A DNA stretch of 64,000 nt from Mobula hypostoma (Eukaryota): assembly GCF_963921235.1 (NCBI RefSeq), contig NC_086124.1, positions 16,244,001 to 16,308,000 on the forward strand. The letters run 5' to 3'. Shown piece by piece: positions 13,655 to 26,656 of this stretch. The notes below the pieces were generated by a model. That model saw nothing but the letters and a program-made list of their open reading frames with translations, did no database searches and was not told where the DNA came from. The translations under genes were made by a program, and so were the position numbers. The first letter of the stretch is position 1. Each line of letters opens with the position of its first letter.

Positions 13655-14876
13655 ATACTATATACCACCTGGGAAACAAGGACACTTATGTCAGAATGCT
13701 GTTTCTGGATTTCAGTTCAGTATTCAACACTATTGTTCCACAGAGCTTGGTGAACAAACTCTTATTCTTCAGTCTAAATATACCACTGTGCATCTGGGTG
13801 TTGGACTTCCTAACCACAGACCTCAGATCATCAGAACACACAACTGCTCCTCCCTCACCATCATCCTCAACACAAATGCCCCTTCACCCCCAGGGAGGTA
13901 TGGTGAGCCCGTTGCTCTACGGTCTCCTCACAGAAGACTATTCACGTGTTTGGCCATGAAATCACATTGTCATGATTGCCAATGACATCACCAACTACGA
14001 TGAGACACTCTACAGGGAGGAGGTGAAAGAGCCAAAGGCCTGCTTCTAGGCAAATAGCTTCTTATAAATGTCAATAAGACAATGGAGATAGTCATCGAAT
14101 TCAGAACTCACACCACTCACCCCTCTGTTTACATTGGCAGCAGAACAGCGGAAACAGTGAGCAGTTTCAAACTCCTGGATGTGCACATCTTGCCCAAACT
14201 CTCATGTCCAAGAACACATCCTACACAGTCAGAAAAGCTTACCAAAACCTCTACCTTCTGAGGAGGTGGAAGAGAGCTGGACTATGCACATCAGTGCTCA
14301 CAACTTTCTACAGAGGTGTATTAGAGAGCATCCTAACCTCCTGCATAATGCATGAACTGCACTGGGGCAGACAGGAAGGCTCTACAATGGGGATTCAAAC
14401 CTGACCAACACATCACCAGTACCAGTCTACCCAGCATCAAGAACATGTATACAGAAAGGTGCTGGAAAAAGGCCAGCAATATCATGAAAGATCCCACTCA
14501 CCCTGCTCATGGACTGTTTGTCTCACTCCCATCATGGAGGAGGCCATGTAGCAACCACATTTAATCAGCAGTCTCAGAAACCGTTACTTTCCTGAAGCAG
14601 TCAGTCTGATCAACACATCCACCATCAACCCACCCTGGCTCACCCCCACCACTACTACTTTATCATTTCCTGTCACTCACCTCATGTAAAGACAATCCTA
14701 TGCCTAGGGTCACTTTATAGACATACAATCAGTGTATTATAAACTACTTGTGTATTTATATTTTCTATTTTTTTTTATTATTGCATCTTTTGCTGCATGG
14801 GATCCGGAGTAACAATGACTTTGTTTTCCCTTACACTTGTGTACTGGAAATGACATTAAACAAGCTTGAATCTTGA
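13655..14876 (+). mobile_element. Rex1/Babar-like LINE 3' fragment
   Basis: [52 protein letters not shown]; cttgaat tail. Confidence 0.8.
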
Positions 14877-15048
14877 AATGTGGCCACAGTGACATGTTGC
14901 ACAACTGTAACATTACATCCCAACTTTATACTCTGTGTCCTGACTGATGACGGCCAGCATTCTAAAGACCTCCTTCACTACCCTGTTTGAGAACCAGTCA
15001 GCTGGTTTGGTGAAAGGTTTGTCTGGTACGTTTGTCAAATTTGCCAGA

Positions 15049-16720
15049 GATTAGATTAGATTAGATTCAACTTTATTGTCATTGTGCCGAGCACAGATAC
15101 AAAGCCAGTGAAATGCATTTAGCATCTGACCAGAAATGCAAAGAATATTGTTATTTACAAAATAACTGCGAATAAAAAAAGTGCTACAGCACACAAATAT
15201 AAACATATTGAGACAGTACAATACAGATGCAATACTGCTTAGCGCTGTGATGAGAGGTTTAGCAGTGTCACAGCCTCAGGGAAGAAGCTCTTCCTGTGCC
15301 TGCTGGTGTGGGAGCGGAGGCTCCTGTAGTGCCTACCGGATGGGAAGAGAGTAAAAAGTCCATGGTTAGGGTGAGCTGCATTCCTGATAATGCTTTTCAC
15401 CCTGCCCAGGCAGCGTTTATGGTAGATGTTCTCAATGGTGGGTAATTAATTGGGTGCCGATAATCCACTGGGCAGTTTTCATCACACGCTGGAGTGTTTT
15501 GCAGTTTGATACGGGACAATTGCCATACCTTACTGGGGAAGCTGAAGATGTCCTGTGTTTGGATATTCAAGGAACCACATGAAAGGCTGGTGCACAAGAC
15601 CAGGGCTCTCGGTGCTAGGTTAAGTGTATTAACATGGAATGAAGACTGGTTATCACGTAGAAGACAGAAATGGAATAGACAGTCCTTTTTCAGGCAGGGA
15701 GGATGTGGAGTGTCCCAGGTCTCTACAATCGGATAAAGGTGGGTGAAAACCTGCTGAATGGAGCTTTATGTGGGAAAGTGTGATGGCATGTACAGTGGTA
15801 GGAGGAATCGACATGCAGACTATTATTTATGTAAAAGGAAATTGTGAATGAGGGAATTAGAGAGGGATCCAGGTGTTGTTCTGCACAACAAAACAGCAGA
15901 CAGGAGCAGTGTGATGTTTGGAAAGTGAACGGTGCATTGACATTCATTGCTGGCTGGTTGGTGCAGACAAATACTGAAGTGAGTGAGCAATTTCAATCTC
16001 CTGGGAGTGCACATCACACACAACCTCTCATGGTCCCAGAACCCATCCTCCACGGCCGGGAAAGCTCACCATTTGCTTTACTTTCTGAGGAGGCTCAAGA
16101 ATGCTGATCTATGCACATCGTTACTCAGAACCTTCAACAGACGTGGAGTGGAGAGCATCCTAACATGCTGCATCACTGTATGGTACAGATACTGCACTGA
16201 AATGGACAGGAGAGCTGGATAACAGGAAGTGAAAACCTTCCAACACATCACCGGTACCATCCTACCCATCATCAAGGACATACTGTATATATACAGAAAG
16301 GTGACAGATAAAGGCCAGCAATATCATGAAGGATCTACCCACACTGCTTCCGGACTGTTTGTCCCAATCCCATCAGGAAAATGCTCTGCAGCATCCACAC
16401 CAGGACCACTAGACTCAAAAACAGTTACATCCCCCAAGCAGTCAGGCTGATCAACACCTCCATCCATTAACCAACACACTACCACTACATTCACATCACC
16501 AAGCATCACTTTATGTACAGAGTACAGTCTATATACAGTATAGTACAGTTACATGTACATTGTCTCATAGAATTACTTCTTATATTTATAGATTTAAAAA
16601 AAAATTGTGTTCTTGATGCTTATTGTGTTTTCTTATGTTGCATCAGAACTGGAGTAACAATAATTTTGTTCTCCTTTATAGTCATGCACTAAATAATGAC
16701 AATAAACAGTCTTGAATCAT
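15049..16720. mobile_element. Rex1-like fragments (- 15049-15530; + 15960-16720) flanking CR1 debris
   Basis: FNLLGVHITHNLSWS..AHHLLYFLRRLK and VESILTCCITVWY; (attag)n tail at 15049. Confidence 0.7.
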
Positions 16721-16729
16721 TGTTACAGT

Positions 16730-18350
16730 AATGGATTTTGGCAAGTTAAAGCAAGCTAGGACATACACAGTGAATGGCAGAGTCCTGGGGAGTGTGAATG
16801 AACAAAGAGACCTTTGGATACAGGTACATAATTGGTAACACAGGTAGATAATGTCGAGAAGGTGCGTGGCATGCTTACCTTCATCGGCAAAGGCACTGAG
16901 AGGAGATGGGACACATCACATTACAGTTGTACAACTCATTCATTGGGCCACATCCAGAGCACCCTGTGCAGTTCTGGTCACCACACTACAGGAAGGATGT
17001 GATTAAGCTGGAAAGGTGCAGAAAAGATTCACAGGGCGTTGACTGGACTGGAGGGATTGAGTTGCAAGGAAAGATTGGATGGGCTGGGACTGTTTTACCC
17101 GGAGTAAAGGAGGCTAAGGGGAGACCTGACAGAAGTTTAGAGAACTATGAGAGTGTGGATAAGGTAGAGAGTCAATATCATTTTCCCAGGGTGGAGATGT
17201 CAAATACCAGGAAACGTAACTTTCAGATGACAGGGAGAGAATTTAAAGGTGGTGGCAGTGCAAGAAATAATTTTGTTTTATTTACAGTGGTGGGGTCTGG
17301 TGTGGGCTGCCATGGAAATTGCTGGAAGTAGATATGATAAGAGGCTTTTAGACAGGAAATGAAAAGATATGAATCACATGCAGGCAGAAGAGATTCAGTT
17401 TCATTTGGCATTGTGTTCAGCACGGTCATTGTGGGACAATGGACCTCTTCCTCTGCTGTTCTGTTCTGGGTGATCAATAGTGACAGAAAACTCTTCAGCC
17501 AGAGGCACACACAGGTGTATCTGTGGCAATGAGTAGGGTCCTCGAGAGAGTTGGAGAACAGATAGACCAAGGAGCACAGGTACATAGTTCTCTAAACGTG
17601 TAGACAGGGTGGTGAGGAAGACACTTGATACATTGCCTTTATCAGTTGTGGCTTGGAGTTAGTGGTGAGACCACGATATACTATGTGTGGTTCTGCTCAC
17701 TCATTTATAAGAAGAATGTGATTAAGCTGGAAAGGGCCAAAAAGTTCTACATAAACTCAACACTCAGCTTTCCACATTCTGGGGAAAACAGACTCAATAT
17801 TTCCAGTCTCTCCCTTGAACTTAGTCCCTCTTTCGAACTCAGTCCCAGTTACATCCTTGTGAATCTTTACTGCACCCTCTCCAGCTGAATCAATTCCTTT
17901 CTGTTGCTTGGCAACACCTCACTCCAGTCTCATCAACATATCGTACACTTGTAATAATGCACCCTAACTCTTGGACCCAGTTCCCTGATGAACGATTTAT
18001 GACATGTCTTCTTCACCACCCAGTCTACACTGTCATCACTTTCAATGAACCATGTACTCTGAGGTTTTGCTGTCCTACAACACTCCCTGGGTCCTGCCAC
18101 TTAATAACTCCTGTCAGTCCTGTCCTGATTTAACTTGCAAAAGTGCAACATTTTGAACTTCTGTGAGTTAAATTCCATCTCGTTTTTCCACAACCTGTTG
18201 TGACCTTACGACCAGCTTTGCAATGATCAGTGAATTTATTTATCAACATTCACATCCAAATCATGAATATACATGACAACAACAGGGGGCAGGCAACGAA
18301 CCCTGTAGCACACCACTGGTCACAGGTCTCCAATCTGAAAAGGAAGCGGA
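16730..18350. mobile_element. CR1 3' fragments in both orientations
   Basis: LQLYNSFIGPHPEHPVQFWSPHYRKDVIKLER (16906-17331). Confidence 0.75.
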
Positions 18351-18610
18351 TGTGTAGATGCAGAAGGGCCACAGGAGGGTGAGAACAGATCTGTGACAGT
18401 TCATCAGAATAGGAGGAGGTTACAGAGAGAGTGAGGGGTGAGGACCAAATAGGGATGTGGGCCCGTAGATTGGAATGGAAAACATCAGGTAGGGAGCCGG
18501 GGCAGTAAGGAACTGACATACACTCATTGTCCCCGGGGAGGCTGGCAGGAAGTGAAGAGGCTGATGCTCACAGTGGAATCGAAATGCAGCAAGTACAGAA
18601 CGACCCCACT

Positions 18611-20136
18611 ATCTTCTTCATCTTCTGAATTTTTATGACGGTTGGTAGTAAAACTTAAAGGTGTATTAACATCACTTGTAACTGTAATGAAAACTAATTT
18701 CCCTCAGGATCAATAAAGTAGGACTATGACCAACTGGACTGGAGTGTGGTGTAGAGAGTTGGGGGGAAAGTGCTTACTACCTCTCTTTCAAATGAAAGAT
18801 AAATTACCCCAAAAAGCCCGATAGATTTTAAGTAATAAAAAATGATATTGTGAATTAAAGTCACTCCCATAATTCACAAAGTTTTTAAGTGAAAACTATC
18901 AACCCCCCAAAATTTTGATTTCTTTCAACCTTATATGCTTCACACTGTAATAGAATGTTCAACTGTTTCATAATGATGACAAAACCTACTCAACCCAGAG
19001 TGATGTTTTACAAGATATAAGGAATAATTTAGCATAGTATATCCAATTCTAAGTTATGTCAAAATAATCCTTTGCCTTCTTGTTTTACCCTCTTCTCCCA
19101 AAAACCCAACCGTTTTATGTATTCTGTTAAGGTGATGCCCATTATCCACAATTCTTGCCATAATCCCCTAATCCTTAACCCTACCAACCCTTTACCCTCT
19201 GACTTGCTAAGTGGGAAGTTTATATCCATTATTGAACTTTTAACAGCTTCCTTAGCTGAATAATCATCCTGCTGATTCTTAAGAGCAGGGACCCTTAAGA
19301 AACCAACATATAAACCAATACTTTGTATACAAAACAATGTTTGATAAGCTTCCTACAGTAAATATGACCTACGGTTAGAATGACATGTTTTAGGATCATC
19401 AAAATTGAAAAGGAATCTGAACAAATTACAATTTTACATGGACAAATTTCCTCCACTGACTGTAAGCCTAAAATGATGGTAACCAGTTCTGTGGTAAATA
19501 CTGATAAACGGGTAATAAATTGTTTTTTTTTATCGTTACCTGTAAGTCAGACATAATAACAGCCACACCAACATTCTCAGTTGAATTTTCTATTGATTCA
19601 TCTGTAAAAAAATGGTTGCCATATCATAATAATTTTCCTTAATATACTGATGAACCAACAGACTCTCAAGCATAACAGAATCCTCAGATTTTATTAAATC
19701 GTGTAACCTAAAATCAACTAAAGAAAAATCAATTGGTTACCAAGAAAGCTATATCAGGACATATTGTGTAATCCAACAAACCTATATTCCTAATGTGATA
19801 AAAACCCAGCCACCCAAAGTAAAAACACTCTTCTGATGTTACCATCAGCCCTCCAACACAGAGGATCATCATTTCTTTGCCCCCTCAAATTAATCTGGTA
19901 TGTTCACATAAACTTCAACCTCCACAATTATGAGAGTCATTGTTCCAATTCAACCAGTAAAGCCGACACAGGGGACGACCTGTTCACATATTTTACTAAC
20001 ATTTACATGCCTAGAAATCTTACCACCAACACTTCTTCAAGGATTTGACCATATACTTTCCAATGAAGTGCAGATGTATTAATACGCTTTGTGAAACATA
20101 ACTTGATATTTAGCCGCTGATATTTCCTTCTATTTA
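18611..20136 (-). mobile_element. Old 5'-truncated Nimb/I-clade LINE (RNase H region and 3' end)
   Basis: The minus strand reads FFTDES..NVGVAV...SVFTTELVTIILGLQSVEE..IVICSDS...FLRVPA, aligning with the RNase H of the 32.6-37.9 kb element. 3' end ccaaccgtcataaaaa-(gaa)n at 18611-18650. Possible TSD cccact (18605-18610 / 20137-20142). Confidence 0.8.
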
Positions 20137-20144
20137 CCCACTGC

Positions 20145-20335
20145 TCATTTCATATTTGCCGCTCCAGAACTGATCGGGCGCTGCTAAGGAAAGGACTCCT
20201 ATGAAGGGAGGATCTTTTGTGACGTCAGCACGCCACCGGTCGGCAATTCGTAGGGTGTCACATCACGGTGAGCAGAAACCCGGGAGGAGGGAAAGAGGAC
20301 GCTGTCAATCAGAGGAGCCGCTGGGACCTTGGTGA
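20145..20335. promoter_or_regulatory. Promoter-like CpG segment with a CRE site
   Basis: TGACGTCA at 20220-20227, local CpG retention, and a CAAT-like gtcaatcag. The associated gene was not identified. Confidence 0.4.
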
Positions 20336-20370
20336 ACTTTGTAACCAGGTCACTGAACCATTCATGAAAG

Positions 20371-20770
20371 GTCATAGTCATAGTCATACTTTACTGATCC
20401 CGGGGGAAATTGGTTTTCGTTACAGTTGCATCATAAGTAATTAAATAGTGACAAAGCCATAAATAGTTAAATAGTAATATGTAAATTATGCCAGGAAATA
20501 AATCCAGGACCAGCCTATTGGCTCAGGGTGTCTGACCCTCCAAGGGAGGAGTTGTAAAGTTTGACGGCCACAGGTAGGAATGACTTCCTATGACGCTCTG
20601 TGTTGCATCTTGGTGGAATGAGTCTCTGGCTGCATGTACTCCTGTGCTCAACCAGTACATTATGTAGTGGATGGGAGACGTTGCCCAAGATGGCATGCAA
20701 CTTGGACAGCATCCTCTTTTCAGACACCACCGTCAGAGAGTCCAGTTCCATCCCCACAACATCACTGGCA
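20371..20770 (-). mobile_element. Rex1-like LINE 3' end
   Basis: SLTVVSEKRMLSKLHAILGNVSHPLH...TERHRKSFLPVAVKLYN; (ctatga)n tail at 20371-20387. Confidence 0.85.
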
Positions 20771-21831
20771 AAACAAAGACCGAAACCGAAAAACATTTAT
20801 CAAAGTAAATTTATTATCAAACTATGTATACACCATCAGATAGTATTCTTTTAAGATTCAGTTTTTTACCTACATTTACAGGGAAAATAAATACAATAAA
20901 ATTTATGAAAACCACAAATAGCACAGACTGACAAAGAACTAATGTGCGAAAGAGGACAAATCTTGCAAATAATAAAAACAATAAATAATATTGAGAACGT
21001 GAGTTGTAGAGAACTTGAAAGGGTGCCTGTAGGTTGTCCAATCAGTTCAACTTTAGAATTCAAAGTTCAAAGTAAAATTTATGATCAGAGTACATACATG
21101 TCACCACATAAAACCACGAGATTTTTTTTCTGTGGGCATACTAATCAAATATATAGAACAGAAACAGTAAACATGATCAATCGACAACAAACTGTGCAAA
21201 TGCAAATATAAATAGCAATAAGTAACGAACTTGAAATAACAACTTAAGAGTCCCGAAAGTGACACCATTAGCTGTGGGAATACCAGATGTAGAATGAGTG
21301 TGGTTATCCTTTTTTGTTCAAGAGCCTGATGGTTGAGGGTAGTAACTATTCTTGAACCTGGTGGTGCAAGTCCTGAGGTTGTTGTACCATCGACCTGATG
21401 GCAGCAGCGAGAAAAGAGTATGGCCTGGGTGCTTAGAATCTTTGATGATGGATGGTGCTTTTCTGTGACAATGTTTCCTGTAGATCTACTGAATAGCTGG
21501 GAGTATTTTACCCATGATGTATCATGTACTGAGCCAAATCAACTACCTTTTTTAGGATTTTCTGCTCCTATAGCAGGCCATAATACAGCCAATCAGCACA
21601 CTTCCAACCACACATCTGTAGAAGTTTTCAAAGGTTCTTGGGTGACATTCCAAGCCTCCACAGACCCCTCTGGAAGTTAAAATGCTGCCATGTGGGGCGG
21701 GGGGGGGGGGGTGAACCATTGTGCTCTTTCCGGAGGGTCTTTGTGTTTGATTTTTACTTCAAGGTCAGGAAATGCATTTTGATTAATTAATTTCATTTGA
21801 CACTTTGTATTTTCAACAACATGCATATCAA

Positions 21832-22110
21832 TCAGGGTGGCATGGAAGGGTAGCGGCTAGAAAACTGCTTTACAGTACCAGGGACCTGGGATCAATTCCC
21901 GCCACTGCCTGCAAGGAATTTGAATGTACCCCTCACCCCCCGTGACCAATTGTGTTTCTTCCTGGTGCCCTGGTTTCCTCCTACAGTCCAAAGACATACC
22001 GGTCAGTAGGTTAATTAGTCATTGTAAATTGTCCCATAATTAGGTTCGAACTGAAATGGGAGATTGCTGGGTCGCACAGGTGGAAAGGCAGGAAGGGCCT
22101 ACTCCATGAA
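21832..22110 (+). mobile_element. tRNA-derived V-SINE (HE1-like)
   Basis: tRNA-like head with B-box-like gggatcaattccc. V-domain-like ggtttcctcctacagtccaaagacata...ggttaattagtcattgtaaattgtccc. Confidence 0.8.
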
Positions 22111-23489
22111 AAAATAATTAATTGATAAATGTCCAGATTGATAGATATCCATGCATATAGATAGATTAATTGAGAGAGAAGGAGACAGAGAGAAAGGTGA
22201 TAAATACATAGATAGATAGAGAAATAATAATCAATTCATAATTTATCTTCTATGGATTATGTCTCCGCTATAATAATCAGTTCTGAATTTCATCCAACAA
22301 CAAATCACAACGACCAAGTAATGGGGGGCGGGGGGGGGGGTGTTGGCCTGAAATATACCCTGGGCATGTAGGAATTCCAGACATTGTCATTACTGTGCTA
22401 ATTAAACAAGCCCAAATTGAATACAAATCATAAAAGCAAAGAGTTTGATAACCCCATGACAGCATTCCAAATGAGGCACCTGCAAAGCACAGTGAAAAAC
22501 CAGAGCTCATGCAAAAATGAACAACGAAACATAAAAGGAAAATAATCCAAGGACAATGCATACTCACCGGGTGAAGAAGAGAATAAAAAACAGTCCACAT
22601 ACCGGCTTTCAAAAAGTTATTTTTTGACAAATAATTTCATCATGACTGATCTAGTTTTCCTCTCGGCCCCAATCTCCTACCTTCTCCTCATACCCTTTCA
22701 TCAAGAAATCAAGAATCTATCCACAAACTGCCTTAAATATACATAAAGACTTGGCCTCCAGTACAATGTCTTTTCCACTTTAAAAAAAACTTCAACATCT
22801 CCTGTCATTGCTGGATATTTCAGTTAAGTACCAGTAGCATTGGTAGTGTTCTATTTTGTTCTGTATTTCATTTAAATACAGTATTTGTTACTCAGTTAAA
22901 AGGCATTTTTTTTTCTTTTTCATATGGTTTTAACCATTTCCACGAAACTTCTGCTAATCGGGACAACTGCTTAATTGGGCCAAAATGTAGTGGTCCTGAT
23001 GTGTCCCAATTAATCTGAATCCACTGTAGTACCTTGAGATTAATTTTCTTATAGGTATTCACAGTGAAAATAAAGAAACACAATAGAATCTACTAAAAAC
23101 TATACGTAACCAAAGACTGACAAAAAAAAAGTGCAAAAGATGACAAACTGCACAAATAATAAAAATAATACTGCAAACATGAGTTGTAAAAGTCCTTGAA
23201 ATTGAGTCTGTAGGTTGTGGAATCAGTGCAGAGTTGAAGTGAGTGAAGTTATCCACACTGGCCCAGGTACCTGATGGTTGTAGAGGAAAAACTGCTTCTG
23301 AACCTTGCAGTACAAGATCTATGGCTCCGGCGCCTCCTGCCCAACAGCAGTAGAAGAGATGTGAAAGGTAACAGGGAGAAAGCAAGTAAGTGGGACTGAG
23401 GACAGGAAATAAAAGATCAGCCATTATTGAATGGTGGAGTAAGCTCAATGGGCCAAGTGACCTAGTTCTTCTCTTACGTCTTATAACTT

Positions 23490-24670
23490 CAAACTGATCC
23501 TAACTGTCCTATAGCGGTCCTCATATTCAGAAATATCTTCTAAAGCTTTCTGTTTGCAAATGTCTACTTTGCTTAAATCAGTCTGTGTTGGGGCTTGTTC
23601 TTCCAACCATTTCTTAATTGCATCCCAACCATCTAGTAAATACTGCTTATCCTCTCCTCTATCATCCTCAAATTGACATGTCAACTGTCTTACTTATTGA
23701 GAAGACTGCATGGCAGCCAAAATTTGGATGCCATCATATGGGTGAAATTTGTATATTTTCTTAATTTGTTGAAGTTCACAGTGAAGACACAAGATACTTT
23801 AAGTTTCCTTTTTTAGGATGTGGTATTTAATGACTATTTGTCAATTTTTTCTGGGTCTAGAAGTCGATGATAAACCTCCTGTTTCCTTTCATAATCTCCA
23901 TTTTAGTTCTTGCGTACTTTCATTCCCTTAGTTTTTAGTGGGGCAAGTTGCGACTTGGCCGCTAGACCAATCAGCTCATCACTGTCATCATTGGAGGTCT
24001 CTGTTGAGCCAAAGTTTTATCCATTTTGCAGTTCCTTAGAGTTCCTAAGACGGCGCTGTTTCAGAGGTCAATTCAGTGTTGCTGCATTCCACCATGTGAC
24101 ATCATTGTTAACATCGTCCACCGAAGGTCCTTGCTGTGCATTGCAACTTTATCTGAAAAGTGTGCCTCCATATGGCTACATTTATCATGTTGTTTTGTCA
24201 CTCCGTCAGTTAACAAAGAAATTCGCTCGTTAAGACTTTTACTATCTCTATCATACTGTTCCTTCAGCATGTACATAATTCTTCCTTTCCTCCCAATTGT
24301 TTAGTTAAATTATTTACTTGCTAGTTCATTCACCATGTGCTTGCTTTAGATCACACACTTGGTTTTCTAACCTGACACTTTCACATTTATATTAATTTAA
24401 TTCACCTTTTAGCTTGGCCTACCCATGCTTTCTTAGCTCTGATAATAAGCTTTTCAAAAAAAATTCCCAACCACATTTTCTGAATCTTATTCCATATCTT
24501 TTGAACATCACTTAAGAGAATTTCCACTAGACTGGCATCAATAGCATATTTCTTCCTGACTTTTTCATTAATTGCATCAAATTCATATGTTCAAATAAGT
24601 ACTAAAACCCTCTGTTATCTGTCCTCTCTAGCTGGAGATTCTGCAATTTGTTTCTCACCTTTGGGCATGG
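23490..24670 (-). pseudogene. Endogenous retrovirus gag remnant (coiled-coil N-terminus and capsid major homology region, MHR)
   Basis: TDLSKVDICKQKALEDISEYEDRY fits the MHR consensus Q-x3-E-x4-Y-x2-R. Upstream helical ORF fragments (24073-24276). Stops and frameshifts present. Confidence 0.7.
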
Positions 24671-25064
24671 TCTTAGTTAGATCTCAATGAGTACTCTTCA
24701 CTTAGATGTCAATGACAGTATTAGAATCACAATCTAAAAGGTACAACTAGAGATGACTGAAAATAAAATACTAGTTAAAACTCAAAGATTCAAGTCACAA
24801 CTCAAAAATATTTTCATAGTGTTGTGCCCAAAATGTATCAAAAGTAGTAATTCAGAATATTATTAAACAGACACTCTTATACTAAAATAAGGGAAATTCC
24901 TGAGATAAGGGAGGGCCTATTGGAAGATACACAGGTATAGCATGCTTAGCACAGCCAGTTAAAAAATGTAAGGCGATAAATTGCTATATAACTGTTATAT
25001 CACTTTGCCACCAGTAGGTGGAGACTAACATCACATATTATGAAAAATACAAGTTAAAATACAA

Positions 25065-25327
25065 ACACGAGGAATTCTGCAGATGCTGGAAATTCAAGCA
25101 ACACACATCAAATTTGCTGGTGAACGCAGCAGGCCAGGCAGCATCTCTAGGAAGAGGTACACTCGACGTTTCGGGCCGAGACCCTTCGTCAGGACTAACT
25201 GAAGGAAGGAAGAGCTAGTAAGAGCTAGTTAGTCCTGACGAAGGGTCTCGGCCCGAAACGTCGACTGTACCTTTTGCTAGAGATGCTGCCTGGCCTGCTG
25301 CGTTCACCAGCAAATTTGATGTGTGTT
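25065..25327. mobile_element. Penelope-derived fold-back insertion (inverted pLTRs) with a 13-bp TSD
   Basis: Arms 25100-25200 and 25227-25327 are reverse complements with ~3 mismatches. agttaaaatacaa is duplicated at 25052-25064 and 25328-25340. Confidence 0.9.
25231..25266 (+). ncRNA. Minimal hammerhead ribozyme motif in a Penelope pLTR
   Basis: AGUC-CUGACGA-A-GGGU(CUCG)GCCC-GAAA-CG-UC/GACU gives the core boxes, stem II, stem I (AGUC:GACU) and a loop-less palindromic stem III. Confidence 0.7.
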
Positions 25328-25434
25328 AGTTAAAATACAATTTATGTTAGTGAAACTAGAATTTCAGTCTTGCTAAAAACTCATTAATTCAATTAATACC
25401 TTACTAAAAACGTAACAACAACTGATTCCAATAT

Positions 25435-25600
25435 TTTCAATCTCCATGTTCTTGAATTAGGTCTGCTAATATATGATTCTCATTGATACAAAGGGTAAAT
25501 GATTTACCTGTGTCAGGGATTATTTATGCAGGTGCAGTACACAATGTTATCTTTAAAGCTTGAAATGCTTTCAGTTGTTCTTCATTAAGAACCATAGGGT
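25435..25600 (-). pseudogene. Retroviral pol remnant (RT-RNase H connection)
   Basis: Manual translation gives LNEEQLKAFQALKITLCTAPA*IIPDTGKSFTLCINE..LADLIQEHGD. Confidence 0.75.
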
Positions 25601-25964
25601 TGTCTGCGCCCTTGCTGTCCTTCAGCAGATTGTTGACTGGTTGAGCAACTGTTGATGAATCAGTCACTGGCTTGTCAATACATTAATTAGCAAGGGACTC
25701 TGATGCGAGTCTCAACTCAAAGGTTTGACTGTTTACACTCTTCTATAGATACTGCCTGACTTGCTGAGTTACTCCACCATTCTGTGTGCCGCGCAGTTGA
25801 AGTTGCTGCCTGTGCTTTCTGACATTGTCTCAATTTGTTTTTGAGCCGTGAGCAATTTAGATCGATTGAATTAAAAACACAAGAGATTCTGCAGATGCTG
25901 GAAATCCAGAGCAATTCACACCAACACAGGTACCTCCAGCATTTTGTGTGTGTGACTTTCAATT

Positions 25965-26300
25965 ACCATCTTGTTCTTTCACTTGTTGGTTAATGCAAAG
26001 ATTTACTCTTTAGGCATTTTACTGTTTCTATCGTGCTGTTTTTGTGGTTCATCGCAAGTTTTGTGTTTCTAACAATTAGTAAAAGACTTTACTCATCCCA
26101 TTACGCTTTAATTGCTCACACATTTGATCAAACTAACCAGATGCTTTTATATCTAAATCAGTAACAGACATTTCCTGAGTCTTATTCCATATATTCGCAA
26201 TATCATCTAGGAGCTGTATTTCATTAGATTTAACATTATTGGTATATTTCAATAATCTTATCAAAATTAAAAGTTTTACAACTTTAGCCATTGTTTTGAT
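25965..26300 (-). pseudogene. Second, diverged gag N-terminal remnant
   Basis: LLDDIANIWNKTQEM and KQHDRNSK parallel LLSDVQKIWNKIQKM and EQYDRDSK of the 23.5-24.7 kb remnant. Confidence 0.55.
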
Positions 26301-26656
26301 GCAATCCTAAATATATACGTACTTTTACTATGACCGCAATCTTGAATTTTTAAACAGGTTGTCCTGCAAACTGAATTTTCCCTATGCTCTGCTCACTTCC
26401 ACAAATTAATTAGCTTTTTATCTGTGCTCTACTGCCTGTATGAACAAAATTTTTTGAAGTTTGCACTTCTTTTTAACAGATGATGATTTTAAATAAATAG
26501 CAACACAACAGTCCTCAATCCTAATTTCCATCTGATGATGTAAAAGCCAGAGCTAGTTTTTTTTTCTCAGACTATTTACAACATGAAAGGAAGTTCTTAT
26601 CCCTTTTTGCAGTTGGCAAATATTCTTTCATTGTCTTGGATTATTCTGAACTCTAA

